Shown here: piece after piece, positions 15,573 through 25,505 of the stretch
How positions within the stretch are numbered: the stretch's first letter is position 1
Layout: each line of letters begins with the position of its first letter
From: Eubacteriales bacterium
Lineage (GTDB): Bacteria > Bacillota > Clostridia > Saccharofermentanales > UBA5734
DNA length: 48,810 bases
NCBI GenBank assembly: GCA_028708525.1
Contig: JAQVYV010000001.1
Span: 1 to 48,810, forward strand
Direction: 5' to 3'
The notes under the pieces: generated by a model
What the model was told of the DNA's origin: nothing
The model's input: the letters and a program-made list of their open reading frames with translations, nothing else
Database searches by the model: none
Translations under genes and position numbers: made by a program

Positions 15573-17528
15573 ATGACACACGAGAAAGGTAATGTATCAG
15601 TAAATACGGAAAATATTTTCCCTATAATCAGAAAATGGCTTTATTCTGATCGGGATATTTTCTTGAGAGAGCTTGTATCTAATGCTGCTGACGCTATTTC
15701 TAAAATGAAGAAACTGACGAACTTGGGCGAGGCAAAGATTGGAGAAGGTGAAGAGTATAAGATAAAGGTCACGCTTGATCCCAAGAAAAAGGTCCTGAAA
15801 GTTGAGGACAATGGCATCGGAATGTCGTTCGATGAGATCAAGAAGTACATTAATCAGATAGCATTTTCCGGAGCGATGGATTTTGTCGAAAAATATAAAG
15901 ACAAAACTTCAGACACTGCGGGCATAATCGGACATTTCGGACTCGGTTTCTATTCAGCTTTCATGGTCTCCGATAAAGTGCGCATCGACACACTTTCATA
16001 TGACGGAACAAGCCCTGCCGCTTCGTGGGAGAGTGAAGACGGAATGGCTTATGAAATGGGTGAGTCGGATAAAGAAAGCAGAGGTACTTCCATAACTCTT
16101 GAACTATCCGATGAAGGGGGAAAATTCCTGACCGCTGATAAAAGCAGGGAGATCCTAAGAAAATACTGTGCTTTTATGCCTTACCCGATATATTTCACTG
16201 ATCTTGAAGAAGAGAAAAACAGGGTAAAAGAGGAAGAGAAGCGTAGAAAAGAAAAGGAAAAGGAAAAGAAAGAAAAACTGGAAAGCAAAGAGGCTGAAGA
16301 CTCTGAAGATACTTCAGATGTTTCAGATTTCGAAGAAAAGCCTTACACTCCAAGACCGATCAATGATACTCATCCGCTTTGGCTGAAAAACCCGAAAGAC
16401 TGTACGGATGAGGAGTATAAGGAGTTTTATACAAAGGCTTTTAATGATTACCGCGAACCGCTTTTCTGGATCCATCTCAATATGGATTATCCGTTCGATC
16501 TCAAAGGTATTTTGTATTTCCCGCAGATGGACAATACCTATGAAACACTGGACGGAAGGATCAAACTTTTCTACAATCAGGTATTTGTCGCGGATAATAT
16601 CAAAGAGGTCATTCCTGACTTCCTGTTCCTTCTGAAGGGCTGTCTGGACTGCCCGGACCTGCCGCTCAATGTTTCGAGGAGTTTTCTGCAAAACGACGGT
16701 TATGTTCAGAAACTTTCTTCGCACATAATTAAGAAAGTAGCGGACAAACTGACGGGACTGTTCAAGAAATCAAGAGATGATTTCGATAAGTACTGGACGG
16801 ATATAGGTGTTTTCGTTAAGTACGGTTGTATGCGTGAAGAGAAGTTTTATGACAAGGTCAAGGATATACTCCTGGCAAGAAATGTAACAGGTGGAATGTC
16901 AGCATTACAGGACCTTGGAGAAAAGATATACTACACAAATGATGAAAAGAAACAAGTTGCGTATATCGAGATGGCTAAAGACAAAGGAAATACTGTAGTA
17001 GTGTTGGATCATGAACTCGATCCCAACTTTATGTCGTTTTTAGAATATAAGAACAATAAGGTCAAATTCGTGCGTGTCGACTCTGAAATCGCTGGGGAAG
17101 AGGGGATGCAGGAACGTAAAGAGTCTCTTGAAAGTCTTTTCCGTAAAGCGTCCGGAGATGAGAAGCTTGAAGTTCAGGTAAAGTCTCTAGGTGAATCGGC
17201 TCTTGCCGCAGTTCTTACTGAGACTGAGGAATCAAGGCGTATGCAGGAAATGCAGAAACTTTATATGAGACAACTCGGAGGGAAGTCAGATATGGATATA
17301 GCTTCACTTTTCCCCGTGAAGCAGATCCTTGTAGTTAATACCGACAGCAGTCTTGTCAGCAAACTAAGTGCGCTCGCGGATATTCCCGGTAAAGAAGATA
17401 AGACTGAAAATTTCGCAAAACACATTTACGATCTGGCAAGATTGAGCCACGGGTCGCTTGATGCTTCAGGAATGAACGATTTTCTTAAGAGGAGTACTGA
17501 TCTCATTTCAGAATTAGTCGAAAGCTGA
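15573..17528 (+). CDS. htpG: molecular chaperone HtpG (Hsp90)
   Basis: FLRELVSNAADAI, EDNGIGM, GHFGLGFYSAFMV (GHKL ATPase) and NVSRSFLQ middle-domain motif. Confidence 0.95.
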   Translation: MTHEKGNVSVNTENIFPIIRKWLYSDRDIFLRELVSNAADAISKMKKLTNLGEAKIGEGEEYKIKVTLDPKKKVLKVEDNGIGMSFDEIKKYINQIAFSGAMDFVEKYKDKTSDTAGIIGHFGLGFYSAFMVSDKVRIDTLSYDGTSPAASWESEDGMAYEMGESDKESRGTSITLELSDEGGKFLTADKSREILRKYCAFMPYPIYFTDLEEEKNRVKEEEKRRKEKEKEKKEKLESKEAEDSEDTSDVSDFEEKPYTPRPINDTHPLWLKNPKDCTDEEYKEFYTKAFNDYREPLFWIHLNMDYPFDLKGILYFPQMDNTYETLDGRIKLFYNQVFVADNIKEVIPDFLFLLKGCLDCPDLPLNVSRSFLQNDGYVQKLSSHIIKKVADKLTGLFKKSRDDFDKYWTDIGVFVKYGCMREEKFYDKVKDILLARNVTGGMSALQDLGEKIYYTNDEKKQVAYIEMAKDKGNTVVVLDHELDPNFMSFLEYKNNKVKFVRVDSEIAGEEGMQERKESLESLFRKASGDEKLEVQVKSLGESALAAVLTETEESRRMQEMQKLYMRQLGGKSDMDIASLFPVKQILVVNTDSSLVSKLSALADIPGKEDKTENFAKHIYDLARLSHGSLDASGMNDFLKRSTDLISELVES

Positions 17529-17542
17529 CGAACGGGGGATCC

Positions 17543-18304
17543 ATGAAACTTGTAACCTGGAATGTAAACGGAATGAGAGCCATTCTTAAGAAAGGCTTCA
17601 ATGAAATATTCCTTGATCTTGATGCTGATGTGTTTTGTGTTCAGGAAACCAAGATGCAGGAAGGACAGGCTGATGTAGCTTTTGAAGGGTATACCTCATA
17701 TTGGAACAGCGCAGTTAAGAAAGGTTATTCAGGAACCGCGGTTTTAACAAGGATAGCACCTCTTAGTGTTACTTATGGTATAGGTAACCAAGAACATGAT
17801 AACGAGGGAAGAGTCATCAACGTTGAGTTTGATGACTTTTTCCTTGTGAATGTCTATACGCCTAATTCACAGCGCGAACTCGCAAGACTTGATTACAGAA
17901 TGAAATGGGAGAACGCGTTCAGAAACCATCTGCTCAAATTAAACAGAAATAAGAACGTCATAGTATGCGGTGATCTAAATGTTGCGCATAACGAGATCGA
18001 CCTTGCTAATCCTTCCTCTAACAGGAAAAATGCAGGCTTTTCTGATGAAGAACGATCTAAAATGACGGAATTGCTGGGTGCAGGGTTTACCGATACATTC
18101 AGATACCTATATCCGGATAAAACTGATGCTTACACATGGTGGTCGTACATGTTCAACGCAAGAGCTAACAATGTTGGATGGCGTATAGACTATTTCATTG
18201 TTTCCGATGCTTTAAAGGATTTGGTTGAGGATTGCATCCTGAGACCGGATATATTTGGAAGCGATCACTGTCCTGTGGAACTTATCCTTAAAAATGTAGT
18301 ATAA
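17543..18304 (+). CDS. xth: exodeoxyribonuclease III (AP endonuclease)
   Basis: MKLVTWNVNG, FCVQETK, YSGTAVL, NVYTPN, GDLNVAHNEIDL, WWSY, GWRIDYF, GSDHCPV. Confidence 0.9.
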   Translation: MKLVTWNVNGMRAILKKGFNEIFLDLDADVFCVQETKMQEGQADVAFEGYTSYWNSAVKKGYSGTAVLTRIAPLSVTYGIGNQEHDNEGRVINVEFDDFFLVNVYTPNSQRELARLDYRMKWENAFRNHLLKLNRNKNVIVCGDLNVAHNEIDLANPSSNRKNAGFSDEERSKMTELLGAGFTDTFRYLYPDKTDAYTWWSYMFNARANNVGWRIDYFIVSDALKDLVEDCILRPDIFGSDHCPVELILKNVV

Positions 18305-18364
18305 TAATTAAGTTTAGTGTCATCGGCGAATTTTGCCGGATCAGGCTGAGAGGAGACTTACCGG

Positions 18365-18958
18365 ATGAAATGGTTTTCTAAGATCAACAGAGGCGCGATA
18401 CTGACTGCCGCTGTTTTACTTTGTGTTGTGATCTATCTTGTAGTGCTTTCAATTACACAGAAAGCAAGTGTGCCTGAATTGAAGAAGATATGCGAGGAGT
18501 ACATCGAGCTTGATGTTAAGTACAGCATGTTACCTTCTGAACAGAGAAAATCAACACCTGATATTACAGATGATCAACTTGATGAGTATATCAACGAAAT
18601 GGAGAATGAACTTTCTGTCTTTTATCCTTCAGGTGAACAATACTCAGAATTTGCATTAAATGCTAAATCTGCTTTGTTAAAGAAACAGGCTGCAGGACAA
18701 TCGGTCACAACGGAATATGCGAAAGAGATCATTCGTTATCAGAATTTTGTTTTTAAAGATGATACAGTAACAGTCACACTTCTTACAGAAACTTCGATCG
18801 AACGAGCCGGTCAAAGTGAGAAGGACATTTACGCTGCCGGTAAGATGGAAATGACTGACAGCATAATACTGATGAAATTCAACGGACAGTGGAAAATCAT
18901 ACATGCTGAAATCAACCAACCGGGTGACAATTACTCGGAGTACCCGTACTATAAGTGA
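18365..18958 (+). CDS. hypothetical membrane-anchored protein
   Basis: 197 aa with a single N-terminal TM (AILTAAVLLCVVIYLVVLSI). I recognised no motif. It sits directly upstream of the ABC pair. Confidence 0.5.
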   Translation: MKWFSKINRGAILTAAVLLCVVIYLVVLSITQKASVPELKKICEEYIELDVKYSMLPSEQRKSTPDITDDQLDEYINEMENELSVFYPSGEQYSEFALNAKSALLKKQAAGQSVTTEYAKEIIRYQNFVFKDDTVTVTLLTETSIERAGQSEKDIYAAGKMEMTDSIILMKFNGQWKIIHAEINQPGDNYSEYPYYK

Positions 18959-18992
18959 ATTTGTATCTTGGTTGATTGGCGAAAAGGAGATT

Positions 18993-19925
18993 ATGATGAG
19001 TGAAGCAGTGCTTGAAGTTAAGAATCTGGTTAAATATTTCGGTAAACGGAAAATAATAGACAACGTGTCATTTGAAGTTTTCCCGGGTGAGATATTTGGA
19101 TTTCTGGGGCCTAACGGAGCAGGTAAAACTACCACGATCAAGATGATAATGGGATTTCTTGCTGTTGATGAAGGAGAGATAATGATCAACGGGATCAATA
19201 TCAGATCGGATTATGAGAGTGCGATGAGCTCCATAGGAGGGATAGTTGAGAACCCTGAGATGTACAAGGATCTGAGCGGACAACTGAATCTTGAAATGTA
19301 CGCGAGGCTTCATGATGGAGTCACTCCCGAACGCATCAAAGAGGTCGTTGAACTGGTTGGCATGCAGAACCGTATCAAAGATAAAGTAAAGAAATATTCT
19401 CTGGGAATGAAGCAGAGGATAGGTGTTGCTCAATCCATCCTTCATAAGCCAAAGGTGCTCATCTTGGATGAGCCGACCAATGGTCTTGACCCTTCAGGTA
19501 TAAAAGAGCTCAGAGATATTTTCAAGAAACTTGCTCACGAAGAAGGTGTAGCTGTATTCGTTTCAAGCCATCTGCTTTCTGAGATGCAGCTGATGTGTGA
19601 CAGAGTAGGTATTATCCATAACGGTAAACTTCTGGGAGTCAAGCCGATAAAGAAATTGATGGATGAAGCGACAGGCGGAGTTTTCTACAGATTCATGACG
19701 AAGCAGGCGCAGCAAGCTGCTGAGATCCTAAAGGTCGACTACCCGGAAAAAGTCAGAAATTTTACTGCGGATTATATAGAACTGGAGATCGAAGAACAGG
19801 AAGTGCCTGAAGTTAATAGAAAGCTTGCTTTAGCAGGTATACCGATATTTGGAGTGAACAAACTCGAATCTTCGCTGGAAGATGCGTTCATCTCTATCAC
19901 GGGAGGGGGGAATTCAATTGCGTAA
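18993..19925 (+). CDS. ABC transporter ATP-binding protein (ABC-2/NatA-YhaQ-like)
   Basis: Walker A GPNGAGKTT, signature YSLGMKQR, Walker B VLILDEPTNGLD, H-loop SSH. I chose ATG 18993 (AAGGAG RBS 5 nt upstream) over the track start at 18903. Confidence 0.9.
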   Translation: MMSEAVLEVKNLVKYFGKRKIIDNVSFEVFPGEIFGFLGPNGAGKTTTIKMIMGFLAVDEGEIMINGINIRSDYESAMSSIGGIVENPEMYKDLSGQLNLEMYARLHDGVTPERIKEVVELVGMQNRIKDKVKKYSLGMKQRIGVAQSILHKPKVLILDEPTNGLDPSGIKELRDIFKKLAHEEGVAVFVSSHLLSEMQLMCDRVGIIHNGKLLGVKPIKKLMDEATGGVFYRFMTKQAQQAAEILKVDYPEKVRNFTADYIELEIEEQEVPEVNRKLALAGIPIFGVNKLESSLEDAFISITGGGNSIA

Positions 19926-21486
19926 GTTTAAGGCGTTATATATCAATGAAATGATCAAGATATCCCGCAAACTGGTCGTGATAATAGTTATGGGCGTCAT
20001 GGTACTGGGACTTTTCGGATATGGCGGTATCATCAAACTCACTGAATTAGCTCAGAAAAGATATGACCAAGTCGACATGTCCGGATCTGAACAGGACTGG
20101 CGTAAAGATGAAATGCGCAATATGCTCGATAACTTTAAGTCGGAGAAGGCTAACCTTCAGGACGAGATGGATAAAGCTGATGAAGAAATGAAGAAACAAT
20201 ATGAATTTCAAATCAAATCGCTTGATGTTCAAATCGAGATCTATGAGTATGCTGTGGAGAAAGATATATACCTTTATTCAGGAGGATATACTGCTGTCTC
20301 GCTTAGAAACATGATGGATCTGAAGTTCAGCCTTATAAACTATGAAGGGATCCCGGTTGAAGAAATGAATGACATCCAGAGGGCTGAGAAGAAAAGGACC
20401 GAGGATGAGATTTCTAAATATGAGGAAATAATCGAAAAGTCAGATTACAGGATGTATATCGATTTTCAGAACGAAATAATAGATTCTGATACTTCGATGA
20501 CAGAAGAAGAAAAGCAGATAATGAGAGAGTCAAATGATTTGCGCGTCAAGATCGATCCTACAGGGGAGATATCTGCATCAAGCGATTATGACCCTCTATC
20601 CTCATATATTACCGGCATTGAGAATATTAAGAAATCACTGCTTCACAATATCGACTATACAGGTTATGGTTCGATAAAACCTCTTACTCCTTCCGGACGT
20701 CAGGAACTTGAAAATTCTCTTGCAGTACAGATATATAAATTGGAAAAGGGTGATTTCGAACGATCCAATAATTACATGCAGGTCGAATTGAGCGATGTCG
20801 CAATGACAGGAATGCTCGGATTCGGGACATTTATGATGATCTGTATGGTGCTGATACTTGCAGGAGGAGCCATTTCACAGGAGATATCCACCGGTTCGAT
20901 CAAATCCCTCATTATATCGCCGGTGAAACGTTATAAGATATTCTTTGCCAAACTGACCTCTATAATAACAGCAGGTGTTGCCACAGCCGTGGTCTTGTAT
21001 ATAGTTTCGATCCTTGTGCACGGTATACTTTTCGGATTCGCTAATGGTTCGGATTATATCTATGCCATAAATGGCAAAGCTCATGAACTTAGTTTTTACA
21101 TTTACAGAATGGCTTATATCGGTCTTGAATTTGTCGATGTACTGGTTTACCTTGTGTTCGCCTATATGCTTTCTATCATAACAAGGAATACGGCAGTTTC
21201 TGTCGGAGTATCGATAGCGATATACTTTGGCGGGAATCTTGTGAATCTTTTCCTGTCTGCAACAGAAATTTTTTCCGGTGAATGGCTCAAGTTTATACCA
21301 TTCAATAATATGTCACTGGCTGACAGGATCTTTAAGGTTCAAATGAACAATATTGGTATTTCAGGTTTGTTCGGTCTTAATCTGAACGCTCCGTCATCTA
21401 TGTTCTCAGTTGTGTACCTGGTAGTGATGCTGATTTGTTTCGGTTATATTGCACTGGATTCGTTCAACAGAAGGGATATAAAGTGA
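19882..21486 (+). CDS. ABC-2 type permease with a ~280-aa charged/coiled insert after TM1
   Basis: TM1 (VVIIVMGVMVLGLFGYGGII), then a long E/K/D-rich segment, then about 5 C-terminal TMs. The alternative start TTG 19918 (GGGAGGGGGG RBS) is at least as likely as ATG 19882. Confidence 0.7.
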   Translation: MRSSLSREGGIQLRKFKALYINEMIKISRKLVVIIVMGVMVLGLFGYGGIIKLTELAQKRYDQVDMSGSEQDWRKDEMRNMLDNFKSEKANLQDEMDKADEEMKKQYEFQIKSLDVQIEIYEYAVEKDIYLYSGGYTAVSLRNMMDLKFSLINYEGIPVEEMNDIQRAEKKRTEDEISKYEEIIEKSDYRMYIDFQNEIIDSDTSMTEEEKQIMRESNDLRVKIDPTGEISASSDYDPLSSYITGIENIKKSLLHNIDYTGYGSIKPLTPSGRQELENSLAVQIYKLEKGDFERSNNYMQVELSDVAMTGMLGFGTFMMICMVLILAGGAISQEISTGSIKSLIISPVKRYKIFFAKLTSIITAGVATAVVLYIVSILVHGILFGFANGSDYIYAINGKAHELSFYIYRMAYIGLEFVDVLVYLVFAYMLSIITRNTAVSVGVSIAIYFGGNLVNLFLSATEIFSGEWLKFIPFNNMSLADRIFKVQMNNIGISGLFGLNLNAPSSMFSVVYLVVMLICFGYIALDSFNRRDIK

Positions 21487-21487
21487 G

Positions 21488-22621
21488 ATGCGGATCAAAT
21501 CTGTTAAGATACTGCATTGTGCTGATCTTCACATAGGAGATCATGAGGGGATCCGGACTTTTGAGACCATTATATCTTTGTGTAATGATGAGAAACCGGC
21601 GATTTTGCTGATCGCAGGAGATTTTTTCGACAGAATAAATGTATCTGCGAATATATTCGGTACGGTTATTTCTTTGATTTCTCAGCTCCCGGACACTGTT
21701 GTGGCTATCGCTCCGGGGAATCATGACCCTTTCAGTGCGGATTCAGTATATAACATAAGAGAATGGCCTGAAAATGTAATCATATTCAGAGATAAACTGT
21801 CTTCCGTTATACTTGAAGATATCGGGGTACGTTTGTGGGGCTGCGGATTTACAAGTTATTATGCAGATGAGCTTTGGCAGACTGAAAGTTCAGAGAATAT
21901 TGAGAGCGGGGATGGATACATTGAGATATGCGTAATGCATGGAGACCTTGCTCCGCAAGTTTCGTCGAGTCCTTATAACCTTATTCCGCAAGAAATTCTA
22001 AAAGATTTCGGGTTTGATTACGTCGCTTTAGGGCACGTTCATAAAAGGACCCCTGTAATGAAGGCCGGCAGAACTTTCTATTCATACAGCGGATGCCCAT
22101 ACGCTCGCGGGTTCGACGAGCCCGGTGATCTGGGTGTCTATATTGGTGAAGTCGGTAAATCATCTTGTGAACTGAGATTTGTTAAAACGAATAGCAGAAG
22201 ATATATTACGGAAGAAATCGTGATTGATTCATTCGGTTCCAATCTGTCAGTTTCAGAACGTATCATAGATTTGATCAGAGATAAATATCCTTCTTCATAT
22301 GCAGTTGACAGATTTAAGATCATCGTTAAAGGTGAGCTTCCGGACGGCAACATGCCCGACCCGTTCAGCGTTACTGACCACCTGAGCAAAGTGCTTTCTG
22401 ATCCGAGGGTAGAAGTTAAGACGATCGTCAGACCGGATTACGAGAAACTTGCAGGGGAAGGCTCTTTGAAAGGACTTTTCCTTGGCAAAATGAAAGCGCG
22501 TGTCGAGTCAGCCGGATCTGAGGAGGAACGTGAACTTGCGCTCAGAGCTTTGGAATATGGATTGAAAGCTTTCGAAGGTGAGGTGAAGATCGATGAAGAT
22601 AACGTCTGTCTCGATCGATAA
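21488..22621 (+). CDS. SbcD/Mre11-like metallophosphoesterase nuclease (YhaO/SbcF-type)
   Basis: Calcineurin-like motifs are in order: HCADLHIGD, IAGDFFD, GNHD, VMHG, LGHVH. The start is 2 nt after the permease stop. Confidence 0.8.
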   Translation: MRIKSVKILHCADLHIGDHEGIRTFETIISLCNDEKPAILLIAGDFFDRINVSANIFGTVISLISQLPDTVVAIAPGNHDPFSADSVYNIREWPENVIIFRDKLSSVILEDIGVRLWGCGFTSYYADELWQTESSENIESGDGYIEICVMHGDLAPQVSSSPYNLIPQEILKDFGFDYVALGHVHKRTPVMKAGRTFYSYSGCPYARGFDEPGDLGVYIGEVGKSSCELRFVKTNSRRYITEEIVIDSFGSNLSVSERIIDLIRDKYPSSYAVDRFKIIVKGELPDGNMPDPFSVTDHLSKVLSDPRVEVKTIVRPDYEKLAGEGSLKGLFLGKMKARVESAGSEEERELALRALEYGLKAFEGEVKIDEDNVCLDR

Positions 22622-25118
22622 TTTCGGTAAGTTCAGAAACTTTCACATTAACACGGATGATGGTGTCAACGTTATTTTCGGCGGCAATGAGCAGGGAAAG
22701 ACAACTTTAATGACATTTATCCGGATGATGTTCTACGGAGCAGGGTCAGGCGGAAACGATATCATTAAATATCCAAGAAAGAAATACGCACCTTGGGATG
22801 GAGCTGTTATGGCCGGTGTAATTGAATTTACTCATAAGGACAAGCAGTACAGGCTGGAAAAGGTTTTTGCAAATTCGGTCAAGACAGATAAGACCAGACT
22901 TATCAACAAAGTCACCGGTGAGACAATAAAAGTTTCCGACAGCAGAGAAATCGGAAGGATGTTTTTCGGTATGGGCGAAGACGCCTTTGAAAGAAGCCTT
23001 TTCATAGGTCAGGCAGGTACTCTGATAGACAGCGGTGCAAGCGGAAGCAGCGAGATCATCAACCGCCTTCAGAACCTTGTTTCTTCAGGAAATGAGAAAG
23101 AATCTTATACAGATATCTACGCCAGACTGAGTAAAGCATATGAGGTGTTTCGATCTAAAAGCGGAAGAGTCGGTATTGTTGACCGGAGAAAGACAAGGAT
23201 TTCTGAACTCGAAGATATTAGAAGTGAAGCACTTCAAACTGAAACAGAGAAAAATATTTTGTTGGAAAAATATTACGATGCAGAAAGAGAGTTGAAGTTT
23301 CTTAAAGAAAGATCCAAAGAACTGGATAAGAGAAAAAAAGATCTGCAGAAAGCAGTCGATGCTTTTGAAATCAGGAACATACTTCGACTCAGAGACGAAG
23401 AAGAGCGATTAACAGCGGAGAAGAATAAACTCGAACAAAACCTTTGTAAAGATAGTGTTGTCGCAGATCAGAGATTTCTTGAGGAGACAGCACAAGAACT
23501 CAATGACCTTATGCGGAAAGAAGTAATTCTGTCTGAAAGAAGAGATGAACTTGAACTGCTGAAAGGGAAACTCGAGGAACTGAATAGAAGACGAACTGTA
23601 ATGATAGATGAAGAATCTATCGGGAAAATCATTGACTTGCAGAAAGAAACAGAGCGATTACAGGATCGTTTCAGTGCAGCCAGGATGGAGATCTCTGATA
23701 CACGACTGATTATAGAACAGGAGCGCAGCAGGTATGAAGCTGTTGTAAGAGCTGCTTCAAAGATCAGGAAACTTAAGGTATATGTGATCATAGCAATTGC
23801 TGTTGCCTTAGCTTTTACGATCGCAGGGGGATTGTCAAACCCGTATTTCTTTATCGGAACAGCTGTATGCGTAATGTCGATAATTTTTCTTGCCTTTGAT
23901 GTGACCAAAACCCGGAAAAATCTACCGTCATATGACGGCACAATTGATACAGCAGACGCATCAATACAGAGGGTGAAAGAGGTAGAAGCTAAACTCAATG
24001 ATCTGGCAGAAGAATCAGATACTATAAACGATCAGAGAACAGATATTGAAAGAGAGCTTTCTGTTTTTCTTGCAGATAACGGATTGAAAGAACCGGATGA
24101 AGCGTATAAAGCATATGCATCACTGAAAAGCTTACGTGATAGTATCTTTGCTTTGGTATCTGAAGTTGAAGATAAGGAAAAGCGTTCAGCTGAAGATAAT
24201 AAACTTTTCGAAGAACAGATGGCTCGATTTTTCGACAGGAAAAAGGCATTCTTTGACATAAGAGATATCCATGCTGCTTTCTTGAAACTTGAGGAATTGC
24301 GCAATGATCATGTAATGGTGTCGTCTGTGAGGAGTCAGCTTACGGATAAATCGAAAGAAATCAGACTTGCACTTAACGGAAGAACTTTTTCCGAGTTGGA
24401 AAATGAGCTTGCTTTGACTGAAGGGTTGACCGGTATCGAACATTCAGACAGAGACACTCTCCTGGCTGCTCTTTCAGATACCGACACAGAGATATATGGT
24501 CTGAGAGAAAGGCAAACCGGACTTGAATCATCACTTGTGAAGTACAGAACAGAGATGGAAAAGTCGTTTTCGGGCAGACCTGAGCTTTCTGAAATTGACG
24601 ATGAAAGTGACAGACTTAAAGCAGAGATCAGTGCCTTGACGGTCAGGGCAAATGCTCTTGATCTCGCCAGAAATGTTTTGAAGGATGCTTTCGAGGAAAT
24701 GCAGTTATCATTCGGGCCAATAGTCAACGAAAAGACTGCGAAGATATTTACTGAACTGACATGCGGTAAGTATTCCGAATTGTCAGTGTCTAAAGAACTG
24801 AGTATAAGTGTTAAAGATCCCGGCGGGAATAAGACGATAGATTGGAAATATCTCAGCAGCGGGACAACTGATCAGCTCTATTTTGCGTTGAGATTAGCCA
24901 TAGCGGAGTTTTTCGCGGAAGAAAACGACGGTATCACTTTGTTTCTTGACGATCCTTTCATGCAGTATGATGATGAGAGGGCGAAAAGTGCTGCAGAATT
25001 CATTCTCGGTTATTCAAAGGAAAGAAATTACCAGATACTGCTTTTTACTTGCCACAGGTCAACTCTGGGATATTTTGACAGGTTTGATGGGTGTAAAGTA
25101 AAAGTGCTTGACAGGTAG
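22593..25118 (+). CDS. SbcC/Rad50-like SMC-type ATPase (YhaN/SbcE-type) with a central TM hairpin
   Basis: N-terminal Walker A GGNEQGKTTL. C-terminal signature LSSGTTDQ and Walker B LFLDDPF. Long heptad-like E/K/L/R-rich arms. Mid-protein hydrophobic pair VYVIIAIAVALAFTIAGGL-SNPY-FFIGTAVCVMSIIFLAF. Overlaps the nuclease gene by 29 nt. Confidence 0.8.
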   Translation: MKITSVSIDNFGKFRNFHINTDDGVNVIFGGNEQGKTTLMTFIRMMFYGAGSGGNDIIKYPRKKYAPWDGAVMAGVIEFTHKDKQYRLEKVFANSVKTDKTRLINKVTGETIKVSDSREIGRMFFGMGEDAFERSLFIGQAGTLIDSGASGSSEIINRLQNLVSSGNEKESYTDIYARLSKAYEVFRSKSGRVGIVDRRKTRISELEDIRSEALQTETEKNILLEKYYDAERELKFLKERSKELDKRKKDLQKAVDAFEIRNILRLRDEEERLTAEKNKLEQNLCKDSVVADQRFLEETAQELNDLMRKEVILSERRDELELLKGKLEELNRRRTVMIDEESIGKIIDLQKETERLQDRFSAARMEISDTRLIIEQERSRYEAVVRAASKIRKLKVYVIIAIAVALAFTIAGGLSNPYFFIGTAVCVMSIIFLAFDVTKTRKNLPSYDGTIDTADASIQRVKEVEAKLNDLAEESDTINDQRTDIERELSVFLADNGLKEPDEAYKAYASLKSLRDSIFALVSEVEDKEKRSAEDNKLFEEQMARFFDRKKAFFDIRDIHAAFLKLEELRNDHVMVSSVRSQLTDKSKEIRLALNGRTFSELENELALTEGLTGIEHSDRDTLLAALSDTDTEIYGLRERQTGLESSLVKYRTEMEKSFSGRPELSEIDDESDRLKAEISALTVRANALDLARNVLKDAFEEMQLSFGPIVNEKTAKIFTELTCGKYSELSVSKELSISVKDPGGNKTIDWKYLSSGTTDQLYFALRLAIAEFFAEENDGITLFLDDPFMQYDDERAKSAAEFILGYSKERNYQILLFTCHRSTLGYFDRFDGCKVKVLDR

Positions 25119-25143
25119 TCGGTGATGGAATAAAATACCTTCT

Positions 25144-25485
25144 ATGGCAAGTGAAGTGAAATCGTCATCCGATATAAGTAAAGTATTGCTTTTAGATTTT
25201 TATGGTCAATTATTGACAGATAAAGCATATGGGATCGCTGATCTTTATCTTAATGAGGATATGTCTCTTTCTGAAATATCAGAAGAACTGGGGATAAGCA
25301 GACAAGCTGTTCATGACACGCTTCGCAGAGCAGTTAAAGCTTTGGAGAATTATGAACAGAAATTATGTCTTGTCGACAGATTTCTTGAGTTGAGAGGGGT
25401 CGCAGCTAAGGCTTTGAAGGAAATAGATTCGGGTAGATCATCATCTGCAAGAACCGAACTGCTGAAACTGATAGAGAAGATTTGA
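25144..25485 (+). CDS. ylxM: YlxM/p13-like HTH protein (UPF0122) preceding ffh
   Basis: 113 aa with a sigma-70 region-4-like HTH (DMSLSEISEELGISRQAVHDTLRRA), at the conserved position immediately upstream of ffh. Confidence 0.8.
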   Translation: MASEVKSSSDISKVLLLDFYGQLLTDKAYGIADLYLNEDMSLSEISEELGISRQAVHDTLRRAVKALENYEQKLCLVDRFLELRGVAAKALKEIDSGRSSSARTELLKLIEKI

Positions 25486-25505
25486 TATAGATTAACAGGA
25501 GAAAT

